Assembly (NCBI GenBank): GCA_013697635.1
Contig: JACCWM010000084.1
Location: forward strand, 7,200 to 71,199
Source: Lujinxingiaceae bacterium
GTDB lineage: Bacteria > Myxococcota_A > Bradymonadia > Bradymonadales > Bradymonadaceae
DNA: 64,000 bases
Direction: 5' to 3'
Both the position numbers and the translations under genes were made by a program. Below the pieces are notes generated by a model. That model ran no database searches and was not told the origin of the DNA. It saw nothing but the letters and a program-made list of their open reading frames with translations. Of this stretch, positions 37,335 to 45,057 are shown piece after piece; positions within the stretch are counted from its first letter, which is position 1; every line of letters begins with the position of its first letter.

Positions 37335-38762
37335 GTGGCAACCAATCAAGGCGTGGCCGATGTTGGCCGAGATGTCGCTGCAAAGCAGCCTCTCGAGACC
37401 CTCAAGGGCGTCTACAGCGTGGAGCAGGTCCTCGGTGAAGGGGCGTTGGGGCGCACCTACCTGGCGTCGGACAACTCGCGTGGCGGCGCAAAGGTGGCGA
37501 TCAAGGAGCTGCTGCCCAGTCGCATGAAACGCTGGAAAGACTATGAGCTCTTTCACCGCGAATGCAGCATGCTGCGCAGCCTGAATCATCCGGGGATCCC
37601 TTCCTATTTCGAAGACTTCATCGTCGAGAGTGACGATCCGAGCGTGCCGGCACGCCTGTTCCTCGTTCAACGTTTTGTCGATGGAAGGTCGCTCCAAGAT
37701 CGACTCGATGATGGCGAGGTTTTCAGTGAGGAGCGGGTACGCGATGTGGCCGTTCAGGCACTCGAGATTTTGTGCTATTTGCACGGGCTCAACCCGAAGG
37801 TCATTCACCGCGACATCAAGCCGTCCAACCTGATGCTGACGCCGGGTGGCAAGGTAATCTTGATCGACTTTGGCGCGGTGCGCGAGGCGGTGACCGCCGA
37901 TGGTCTCGGCTCGACGATCGTTGGCACCTTCGGCTACATGCCGCCGGAGCAATATGCCGGTCAAAGCGTTGCGGCAACAGACCTGTTCGCATTGGGAGCG
38001 ACCTGTGTGCAACTGCTCACCGGACGAGAGCCAGGCGAGCTCTTCGAGGGGCTTCACACCTTTCGCATTCCTGATGACTTGCCGGTAACCCTGGGCTTTG
38101 AGCGGATCTTGTTGGGAATGACCGAGCCGGAGGTTTCTCGGCGCTTTCAATCCGCGCAAGAGGTGCTCGATGAGCTTGCTTTCGGCTTTTTGATGGTTCC
38201 CAAAGACGCAATCACCGGGAAGTTGCCCATTCCCAACGAGATTCGCCCGGCGCCGCGGCCGATGCCCGGCTTTCAACTGCGCGATGCCTACCACGGTCGA
38301 AGTCATCTGAGCGTGCTGCTGGTGGGCGGGGTGGGCGCGACGCTGACGTTGGTCTTTCCGATCACGGCGATCTGGCTGGGCTCTGGGGCCTTGTCGATCC
38401 TGGGCTTTTTCTTGGTGGCTGCAACGCTTTGGAGCGCAGGTATGGTCAGCTTGCGCGCGCGCATTGAGATCGACGCCTACCGCCGGGGCATCTACACGCT
38501 GGGCGAGGTGACGGGACGCTTTCTCAGCGCTTCGTCAGGCGTCGAGTTCACGCACATGACTTATCGCTACCGGGCCGGCTCGGGTTTTTTATACGGCAGT
38601 GTGTCGACGCGCGACCGCGCTTATCGCACGCTCTCGCCGGGCGATCCGGTCGGGGTGATTTATCTGAGCGAGGAGCCCGACGAGCACGTGATGTATGCCG
38701 TGCCCGCAGAGTGGGCGAAGCGCCAGACAGTCGGCCTTCGGCAGCTGTCTGGCGCTTCATGA
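37335..38762 (+). CDS. Hanks-type Ser/Thr protein kinase with C-terminal TM segments and DUF3592-like domain (GTG start)
   Basis: GEGALGRTYLA...VAIKEL...HRDIKPSNLML...DFGAVR...GTFGYMPPEQ. Then TMs VLLVGGVGATLTLVFPITAIWLG / ILGFFLVAATLWSAGMV and YTLGEVTG...YRYRAGSGFLYGSVS...GDPVGVIYL. Confidence 0.9.
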   Translation: MATNQGVADVGRDVAAKQPLETLKGVYSVEQVLGEGALGRTYLASDNSRGGAKVAIKELLPSRMKRWKDYELFHRECSMLRSLNHPGIPSYFEDFIVESDDPSVPARLFLVQRFVDGRSLQDRLDDGEVFSEERVRDVAVQALEILCYLHGLNPKVIHRDIKPSNLMLTPGGKVILIDFGAVREAVTADGLGSTIVGTFGYMPPEQYAGQSVAATDLFALGATCVQLLTGREPGELFEGLHTFRIPDDLPVTLGFERILLGMTEPEVSRRFQSAQEVLDELAFGFLMVPKDAITGKLPIPNEIRPAPRPMPGFQLRDAYHGRSHLSVLLVGGVGATLTLVFPITAIWLGSGALSILGFFLVAATLWSAGMVSLRARIEIDAYRRGIYTLGEVTGRFLSASSGVEFTHMTYRYRAGSGFLYGSVSTRDRAYRTLSPGDPVGVIYLSEEPDEHVMYAVPAEWAKRQTVGLRQLSGAS

Positions 38763-38794
38763 GCGCTTGAATCCGATCGTTGGCTCAGGGCTAG

Positions 38795-39136
38795 TTAGCT
38801 TTGAATTGAGCTGGTCGAATCGTCTTGGATCTCGTCGAGAGCTTCGCGGCCGCGGGCGCGCAGCTCATCGTAGCTCGAGGGCACGCGCTCGCGCAGATCT
38901 TCGAGGCGGTGGCGCAGATCGCCGCGCATTTCATCGCCACGCTTGGGTGCGAAGAGCAGCCCCAGGGTCGCGCCGACGGCGATGCCCGCTCCGAAGACTC
39001 CGAGCACGGGCAAGAGAATTTCCATGGTGCTGCGCTTCTGCTCGAGGCCCATGCGCTCGAGCAGTGATTCGACACTGGTGTCGTAGGTTGAGCTGACCTG
39101 GCGATTGACGTCCGTAAATACCTTCTTCCAATCCAT
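38795..39136 (-). CDS. YtxH domain-containing membrane-anchored protein
   Basis: LLPVLGVFGAGIAVGATLGLLFAPKRGDEMRGDLRHRLEDLRE is the YtxH signature. Confidence 0.8.
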   Translation of the reverse strand: MDWKKVFTDVNRQVSSTYDTSVESLLERMGLEQKRSTMEILLPVLGVFGAGIAVGATLGLLFAPKRGDEMRGDLRHRLEDLRERVPSSYDELRARGREALDEIQDDSTSSIQS

Positions 39137-39209
39137 GTAAAGTCTCCTGGTGTGACTGTGGGGTGTTGGTTTGAAAACCGAGCCTTGATTGCTCGTCGGG
39201 GCGTATGCC

Positions 39210-39545
39210 CTAAAAGTCAGCCTGCGTGCCCCCGTTGAGTTGGGAGCTCTGTTGGCCAGTGAAATTTTTGATCTGGGTGGCCGCCAGGGGCACGACCAGC
39301 GCTTTCATTCCTACGCGCAACAGCCGCCGCGTAAAGGGCGAGAAGAGGCCTCCGCCGATGACGTAGCCGATTCCTGCGGCGGCGGCCAAAACGGCGTAAG
39401 GATTTTGGGCGTAGTAGGTGCCAAAGGCGTTGTCGCGGCGCACGTTGTCGTACAAGTTGCGCAGGTCGGCCGCCACGCGGCGTGTGTCGTCGACGAGATT
39501 TTGTGCGCCGTCGGCCGATTTGCTGGTGGAATCATCGTCGTACAT
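39210..39545 (-). CDS. Small protein with N-terminal helix and C-terminal Gly-rich membrane anchor (unknown family)
   Basis: MYDDDSTSKSADGAQNLVDDTRRVAADLRNLYDNV...NPYAVLAAAAGIGYVIGGGLFSP. Trimmed from the 160-aa track ORF. Confidence 0.55.
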   Translation of the reverse strand: MYDDDSTSKSADGAQNLVDDTRRVAADLRNLYDNVRRDNAFGTYYAQNPYAVLAAAAGIGYVIGGGLFSPFTRRLLRVGMKALVVPLAATQIKNFTGQQSSQLNGGTQADF

Positions 39546-39622
39546 GGGGAGACCTCCTTGAGAAGAAACGTGCGGTGCGTGGAGCGGTTCAAGACGAGTT
39601 GGTCGGCGGCAGGCGTCGCGGC

Positions 39623-39937
39623 TTAGGCGAGCCAGCGCCGCGAGGCCATGCGGCCAACGACGTAGCCTACGGCCACGGCGCCAATCACGCACCAGCCGGG
39701 ATTCTCACGGATGAAGGTGACGGCCTTGTCGTTGAATTCTTGGAGTTGGGCTCGGGTTTGATCGACCTGTTGCTCGATCTGATGGTATTGGTCTTCGAGG
39801 CGCTCTCGGGTGTCTTGGGTACGCTCAGTCACGGGAATTCTCTCTTGGTTGAGTCCATTGGGTACAGCGTCAGCTCGTTGGCTGCTCGCCGCTTTAGGCG
39901 AGCTTGCGGGCCTCGAGGGTTTGTCATCGTTGTCCAT
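39623..39937 (-). CDS. DUF883 (ElaB/YqjD-like) tail-anchored protein
   Basis: Helical QDTRERLEDQYHQIEQQVDQTRAQLQEFNDKAVTFIRENPGWCVIGAVAVGYVVGRMASRR, the ElaB-like C-terminal anchor. Confidence 0.7.
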   Translation of the reverse strand: MDNDDKPSRPASSPKAASSQRADAVPNGLNQERIPVTERTQDTRERLEDQYHQIEQQVDQTRAQLQEFNDKAVTFIRENPGWCVIGAVAVGYVVGRMASRRWLA

Positions 39938-40089
39938 GGCAGATCCTCAATCGAGTCGACGCGGAACAAAGTCTGCAAAAGTTACAGCTTGGGATTCGAG
40001 CAGGGATAAGCTGGGCACAAGGTCTGCCGGGTCAAGTCGGCGCGCACGATTTATGCCGGCTGCCCGAGAGTTCTTGCCCAGCTTTGCCC

Positions 40090-40359
40090 TCATCGCAGCC
40101 CCAGGTAAAAGCCAAAGGCCAGGGCGGCACCGACGCTCGGCAGGGGATGATCCCAGACGAAGCCGCGCCAGTCGGTGATACGGCGAACCGAGCTTTGCAC
40201 TTCGGACTGCAGAGCATCGAGGCTCTGGGCAATCTGGCGGCGCGAGGCCTCGATCTCGGCGCGAATCTCGCCGGCTTGGCCGTCGGCGGGCGCGAATCTT
40301 ACGAGGTCTCCGCCGGCAGTCGTACGTGTGAGTTGTTGTCGCGAATCTGCTTTATCCAT
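40090..40359 (-). CDS. DUF3618-like small protein with C-terminal anchor
   Basis: EIRAEIEASRRQIAQSLDALQSEVQSSV...PLPSVGAALAFGFYLGL. Its first 61 nt overlap the upstream gene out of frame. Confidence 0.5.
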   Translation of the reverse strand: MDKADSRQQLTRTTAGGDLVRFAPADGQAGEIRAEIEASRRQIAQSLDALQSEVQSSVRRITDWRGFVWDHPLPSVGAALAFGFYLGLR

Positions 40360-40748
40360 TGCTTGTCCCTTTGAATTTCCTCGCTTGTCTGGCTGAGCCC
40401 GGGCTTGTCGTCTTCAAAGCGCTTGAGAATGTGGCGAATGGCATAGAGGCTGCCGCCGAGGTTGATCAAAGTCAAGACCAGGGCGGTGATCGCCATGGCG
40501 ACGATGCCGCCAAACCAGCCGGCGAACAAGATTGCCGTCAGATTGAGCAGGCCAAAGCCGACCAGTGCGATGAAGCCAAAGAGGGCCAAGGCCGCGACAT
40601 TTTTGCCGACGGTGGTTGCCTCCTCTTTGACTTCGTAGCGGACCAGGTCGAGGTGGTTTCGAATCAGGCTGGTCAGTCCATCGGTGAGGCCTTGAAAGGC
40701 CACGTTGATGCCTGAGTTGCGTTGTTCGGATACGCGGATCTCTGCCAT
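40299..40748 (-). CDS. Holin-X / DUF1469 (YqjE-like) membrane protein, the so-called phage holin family
   Basis: MAEIRVSEQRN...LIRNHLDLVRYEVKEEATTVGKNVAALALFGFIALVGFGLLNLTAILFAGWFGGIVAMAITALVLTLINLGG. Confidence 0.65.
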   Translation of the reverse strand: MAEIRVSEQRNSGINVAFQGLTDGLTSLIRNHLDLVRYEVKEEATTVGKNVAALALFGFIALVGFGLLNLTAILFAGWFGGIVAMAITALVLTLINLGGSLYAIRHILKRFEDDKPGLSQTSEEIQRDKQWIKQIRDNNSHVRLPAETS

Positions 40749-40842
40749 ACTATCTCCTTGGGCCAAGTCACCAAGCCAGGGCTCAGATTCGAACCTAAGC
40801 GCGTGCGGGCCTGCGTCCATCGGAGCCGCTCAGCGGCCCGGC

Positions 40843-41280
40843 CTAGTCCTCGATGACGACCGTGGCCAGGTTGTTCTCGCGCACGGTCACGGAGCTGGTG
40901 CGCACCTGGGCGCCGATGCTGTAGGTGCCAGGCTCGAGGCCGCCAAACCAGGTCTTGGCGATTCGCTCGATCAAGATCGTTTCACCCTCGACGATCACGG
41001 TGCCCACGGCGTTGCGCACGGGCGTCAGTTGAATGTAGACCTCGACGCCGGTGATATCTTCGTCGAAGTTGATCGTGCTCAGCTCAATGTTGAAGTATTC
41101 ATCGGTCATGCCCACTTCGCTGCGGCTGATCACGGAAGGATCGATATTCATCGATACGATGCGTGGCTCATCACCCAGATCGATCGGGCAGCCCGCAATG
41201 ATGAGGGTCGTGACGGCCAGAAACAACGCCGAAAAGAGCCATCGTGGTGCAGTGCTAAGACGGGGGTTCAACTCTCGCAT
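40843..41280 (-). CDS. Small lipoprotein (145 aa), Ig/beta-sandwich-like, unknown function
   Basis: MRELNPRLSTAPRWLFSALFLAVTTLIIAGC lipobox. The longer 326-aa track ORF is rejected because its N-terminal extension has no protein-like features. Confidence 0.6.
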   Translation of the reverse strand: MRELNPRLSTAPRWLFSALFLAVTTLIIAGCPIDLGDEPRIVSMNIDPSVISRSEVGMTDEYFNIELSTINFDEDITGVEVYIQLTPVRNAVGTVIVEGETILIERIAKTWFGGLEPGTYSIGAQVRTSSVTVRENNLATVVIED

Positions 41281-41361
41281 GCCGTTGCCTCCTGGAAACG
41301 AGAAGAAGTCGATACAGATCAGATGGGACTGATACATACGTTCAAGTCTGTCTAGCATGGT

Positions 41362-41377
41362 TGGATGACCATTTGCA
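41362..41377 (+). promoter_or_regulatory. Candidate sigma-54 (-24/-12) promoter
   Basis: TGGATGACCATTTGCA has GG and GC at the canonical spacing of TGGCACG-N4-TTGCA and a perfect TTGCA. The -24 half is only TGG. Lies 144 nt upstream of ATG 41521. Confidence 0.3.
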
Positions 41378-41520
41378 AATCCAGCTCGCTCGGGTGCGCA
41401 TCGCACAATGGATGGTGAGGCCTTTTGCCAGTGGGGCCTGTGCGCGTTATCATGGCCCCGATCGAGCGAGATCTTCGTCCTGCAGGCCATGTCATCCATC
41501 GCCACCGATTGTGTGAGTCC

Positions 41521-42963
41521 ATGAGTCAAAAGAGCTATACGGTGACGGTTCACTCCGAGCACGGCGTCGAGGAGCCGGCGGTCCTCGCGCGCCAACTCGG
41601 CGCGTTGGTGGGCCAGTCCGAGTCCAAGTTGCTCGAGCGCCTGGCAAAAGGTCCGCTGACCTTGAAGAGCAATTTGAGCTATGAGGAGGCCGTCTCGCTC
41701 AAGGAGAGGCTCTTGCGCGCGGGGATTGCGGCTCAGGTGCTGCGCGGTGCACAAAGTGAGATCGGTGCCAATGTGGCGATCGGGGCGCCGCCCCAGGGGC
41801 CCCCAAAGCTGCCGGTCGCCCAAGGCATGAGCATTGCCCCGCGCAAGCCCGACGCGCCGGCTGCAGGCTTGGCGCCGGCCGGCGAGTCGGAGGGCTGGCA
41901 GGCGCTCTTTCCCGATCTCGGTGAGGGCTCCGATGCCGAGGAGTTAGGCGCGCTGCCCCATGTGGCGCCGCCCGAGCGCTCGAGCGCCCAGGTCCAGATG
42001 GTGCGCCCGGCGTTGCCCGAGCCTGAGCCGGAGGCGCCACCGGGCGTCGCGCTCGCCCAAGACGTGCCGGCGGACTCGCCGGTTAGCGAGGTGGCGGCCA
42101 AATTTGACGGCGGGGTGTTGACCGGTGCGATCGCGAGCCAGCGCGAGGCCCGCGCGCCCTTTGCTCCGGAGGGCTTTGATGCCCGTCCGGGCCATGTGCC
42201 TGCCTGCGCCGCCTTGTTGAGCGCGCTGGCGCCGGGCGCCGGGCAGATCTACAACGGTCAGGAGGAGCGCGCGCTGCATTATGGGTTGCGGTTTTTACTG
42301 ATCTTGCCGTGGATCGAGAGCGTTCGCCAGGCGCATGCGCGTGGCGAGCGCATTCGCACCTTTTATGCGCCCCGGCCAAAGGATGGCGTCTTCTGGCGCG
42401 CGCTGCGCTATCTGGTGCTCTGGTACGCCGTGGTGATCGCGATCGCGCTGGTGCTCGGATGGATGGCCAATCGCTTCTACGAGGCCGCGCAGCGTCGCAA
42501 CCATGTTGCCCAGGTCGTTCAGGTCGAGGAGGTCGTCGAGCGCGCGACCAGCGGCGTTCAGTTTGCCCGCGTCGTGGCAAACGGCGCGCTTCAAAAGGCG
42601 CTCGACGCCAAACAAGAGCGCCAGCCCGAGTTTACGATGAGCCCCTCCGAGCGTGCGCACCGCCTCTACGTGATCGGCCATGGCTATTGCATTACCGGGC
42701 AGTACGCCATGTGTGAGGCGACGATGCGCCGCGTCACAAGCCTTGGTAGTGAACAGCGTGACGCCTTTCGTTTGCAGGCCTGGGCCAGCGTGCAGGCCAA
42801 GAATCAGGGCCGACCCGAGCCGATGCCCGAGGTCGGCCAGGTGCCCTCGCTGCTCGAGTTTGAATTGCACCAGGACAACGATCCGGATCGCGATCTGGTC
42901 CAGCCCGCCCTTGATTCGATCGCCAAGAGCGAGGCCGAAGCACGCCTAGAGGAGAGCCCATGA
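41521..42963 (+). CDS. Membrane protein: small N-terminal alpha/beta domain, Pro/Ala-rich linker, two TM segments, C-terminal helical domain (unknown family)
   Basis: MSQKSYTVTVHSEHG...EEAVSLKERLLRAGIAAQVL. Linker PPQGPPKLPVAQ...PEPEPEAPPG. Membrane part ALLSALAPGAGQIYNGQ...RALRYLVLWYAVVIAIALVLGWM. ATGA overlap with the next gene. Confidence 0.6.
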   Translation: MSQKSYTVTVHSEHGVEEPAVLARQLGALVGQSESKLLERLAKGPLTLKSNLSYEEAVSLKERLLRAGIAAQVLRGAQSEIGANVAIGAPPQGPPKLPVAQGMSIAPRKPDAPAAGLAPAGESEGWQALFPDLGEGSDAEELGALPHVAPPERSSAQVQMVRPALPEPEPEAPPGVALAQDVPADSPVSEVAAKFDGGVLTGAIASQREARAPFAPEGFDARPGHVPACAALLSALAPGAGQIYNGQEERALHYGLRFLLILPWIESVRQAHARGERIRTFYAPRPKDGVFWRALRYLVLWYAVVIAIALVLGWMANRFYEAAQRRNHVAQVVQVEEVVERATSGVQFARVVANGALQKALDAKQERQPEFTMSPSERAHRLYVIGHGYCITGQYAMCEATMRRVTSLGSEQRDAFRLQAWASVQAKNQGRPEPMPEVGQVPSLLEFELHQDNDPDRDLVQPALDSIAKSEAEARLEESP

Positions 42964-44327
42964 CCCCCACGCCGACCATGACATGGCAGGCCTTCGATTG
43001 CCCGCGCATTGAGGCGCTGGGTGCGCGCGCCGGCCTTGCCTCGCTGCTCTTGTCGTTGACCCAGGCGGTGGCTGCCAGGCCCGAGGTCGACGTCTTGTTG
43101 GCCGGCTTGAGCGAGTTGTTCGAGGATTTGAGTGGACAGGCTGCGGCCTGCGCCGGCGTGGTGATCCTGACCGATGCCGAGGAGTTTCAAAACGAGGTCT
43201 TTCGCTTTGTGCCCCAGAGCCCGGCCGGCGGCTGCACCAACGAGCGCGATCCGCTGGCAGCCTGCGCCAGTGCCGGGCTCGATCTGGTCGCCGAGCTGCG
43301 TGAGCGCGAGGCCTGCTTTCTAATGGGCGCGGGCACAAGCCAGGCGACGGCCTTCTTTGGCGTGCGTGGTGCGAGCGGTCTCTTGGCCGTCTTCTACATC
43401 AAGCTTCCGGGCGCGGAGCTTGCGAACTTCGGGCAGGCGTCGGCGGCAGCGGCCACCTTGTTTAGCCCGTTGGCCGGGCTCGTGCTCGCTCAGCGCCGAC
43501 GTCAGGCGCTAGCCCACGGCGTGCTCGAGGAGAACCGCTATTTTGCCGAGCGCGAGCGTCGCCACTACCTGTTCAAGGAGCTGGTCTGCGAGAGCGCGAC
43601 GATGCGCGCGGTCTATGACGCGCTCAACGAGCGCGTGGCGCGCGATACGCCGGTGCTGATCACCGGCGAAGCCGGCACGGGCAAGGAGCTGCTCGCGCGC
43701 GCGCTGCACCATTTGAGCTGGCGAAAGGAGGGCATGCTGATCAGCCTGGATTGCAGCCAGCTCACCAACGATCTGCTCGACTTCGAGCTGTTTGGCTGCG
43801 TGGCAAGCGAGCTGGCCGGCGCCGTGGCCGCGCGCAAGGGAATCTTTGAGCTGGCCCGAAACGGCACGGTCTTTCTCGACGAGATCGATCTGCTCTCTCC
43901 GCTGATGCAGGGCAAGATCGTGCGCATGCTCAAAGAGGGCGAGGTGCGCCGCATCGGCGATGCCGTCGGGCGCAGCGTCAACGCGCGCCTGATCGCCAGC
44001 ACCCATCGCGATCTACAAACCCTGGTCAACGAGGGCAAGCTTCGCCACGATCTCTTCTTGGCGCTTCGCGGCCATGTGCTCGAGGTGCCCGCGCTTCGCC
44101 ATCGCCAGGCGGACATCTTGCCCCTGGCGCGCACTTTTCTTCGCAGCTACTGCCAGCGCTACGGCGCCCGCTGTCGCAAGTTCGACGACGCCACGCTCGC
44201 CTGGATGCTCGCCTACCGGTGGCCGGGCAACGTGCGCCAGTTGCAGAGCTTCATCGAATCGGCCGTGCTGCGCGCGCCTGAGGAGGAGGTCGTGTCGATG
44301 GACGGATGGCAGGTTGAGGCCACATGA
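42960..44327 (+). CDS. NtrC-family (bacterial enhancer-binding protein-like) AAA+ ATPase lacking a C-terminal HTH and with a degenerate GAFTGA loop
   Basis: Walker A ITGEAGTGKELLARALH, Walker B GTVFLDEID, sensor/R-finger region RLIASTHRDL...GKLRHDLFLAL, and WPGNVRQLQSFIE only 25 aa before the stop. The loop reads FGCVASELAGAVAARKG where ELFGHEKGAFTGA is expected. Confidence 0.85.
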   Translation: MTPTPTMTWQAFDCPRIEALGARAGLASLLLSLTQAVAARPEVDVLLAGLSELFEDLSGQAAACAGVVILTDAEEFQNEVFRFVPQSPAGGCTNERDPLAACASAGLDLVAELREREACFLMGAGTSQATAFFGVRGASGLLAVFYIKLPGAELANFGQASAAAATLFSPLAGLVLAQRRRQALAHGVLEENRYFAERERRHYLFKELVCESATMRAVYDALNERVARDTPVLITGEAGTGKELLARALHHLSWRKEGMLISLDCSQLTNDLLDFELFGCVASELAGAVAARKGIFELARNGTVFLDEIDLLSPLMQGKIVRMLKEGEVRRIGDAVGRSVNARLIASTHRDLQTLVNEGKLRHDLFLALRGHVLEVPALRHRQADILPLARTFLRSYCQRYGARCRKFDDATLAWMLAYRWPGNVRQLQSFIESAVLRAPEEEVVSMDGWQVEAT

Positions 44328-44353
44328 GATCGAAGGGCAGCTAAAGAAACGTG

Positions 44354-44962
44354 TCAGGGTCGGGGGTAGTAGAAGTCCAGGCAGATGTTGCACAGGCCGT
44401 GGCTGAGGTCGTCGGGTGGGTGCTCGACGAAGTTGGGCACCCAGTCCCAGTGGGTGTCGTCGTCGCCCTGGCGCGTGCGCCGACAGTGGCTGCACATGGT
44501 GATCAGGCCCTTGGCGTTGCGGTAGTGCTCAGCGAGCGGGTCGGGCAGGGTGGGGGTATCGGGGTGGGGATGATCGACGGTAAGCGAGTTGATCAGCAGC
44601 AGGCCGCGCTCGGCGCCGGGTGCCTGCAAGGGGTAGACGGCCATGTGGTACATGCGAAAGCGTTGGGCGCTGTTGCACTGGAAGTCGTGGTGCCAGACGA
44701 CCTTGTCGTCGAGTACGTGGGCAAAGGCGTCGTCGTAGAAGGCCTCGAGCGGACCAAAGGCCTCGCGGATCGGGCGGCCCAGCGGCCAGCGGGTGGCGAG
44801 GTCGACGCCGGGGTGGTTGATGTGGGCGAAGCGCTCCCAGGCGTCGTTGTAGTAGGCCAGGCGCGTGTCGCTCCAGATGCCATAGATCGTTGCCGTGCTC
44901 TTGTTGAGCACCTCGAGATCGAAGCCTTGGAGCAGAGGTGCAAATGCAGGGTCAAGGCGCAT
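44354..44962 (-). CDS. PAS-like domain protein with C-terminal CxxC...CxxC module
   Basis: IWSDTRLAYYNDAWERFA...FRMYHMAVYPL (PAS-like core), then ITMCSHCRRTRQGDDDTHWDWVPNFVEHPPDDLSHGLCNICLDFY. GGAGAG RBS before ATG 44962. Confidence 0.6.
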   Translation of the reverse strand: MRLDPAFAPLLQGFDLEVLNKSTATIYGIWSDTRLAYYNDAWERFAHINHPGVDLATRWPLGRPIREAFGPLEAFYDDAFAHVLDDKVVWHHDFQCNSAQRFRMYHMAVYPLQAPGAERGLLLINSLTVDHPHPDTPTLPDPLAEHYRNAKGLITMCSHCRRTRQGDDDTHWDWVPNFVEHPPDDLSHGLCNICLDFYYPRP

Positions 44963-45057
44963 TATTTCTCTCCGGGGCAACGTGTTATGACCTTGTCGTC
45001 GTTCTTTGAGTGGCATAACAAGGTGGGCGCACGAAACATTGCGGAGCCAGGATTACG

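Noticed and set aside
40299-40748. The phage holin family label as evidence for a prophage
   Set aside because: No capsid, tail, integrase, lysin or att-like sequences lie nearby. The context is a conserved small-membrane-protein stress operon.
41281-41823. N-terminal 181 aa of the 326-aa minus-strand ORF
   Set aside because: The extension is Arg/Leu/Gln-rich with no features. It overlaps the promoter region and 5' end of the divergent plus-strand operon. The internal Met gives a textbook lipobox.
42083-43338. Minus-strand Arg/Pro-rich ORFs (165 aa and 130 aa) and several others in 41.7-43.3 kb
   Set aside because: These are extreme Arg/Pro/Ala low-complexity translations antisense to the membrane-protein and AAA+ genes.
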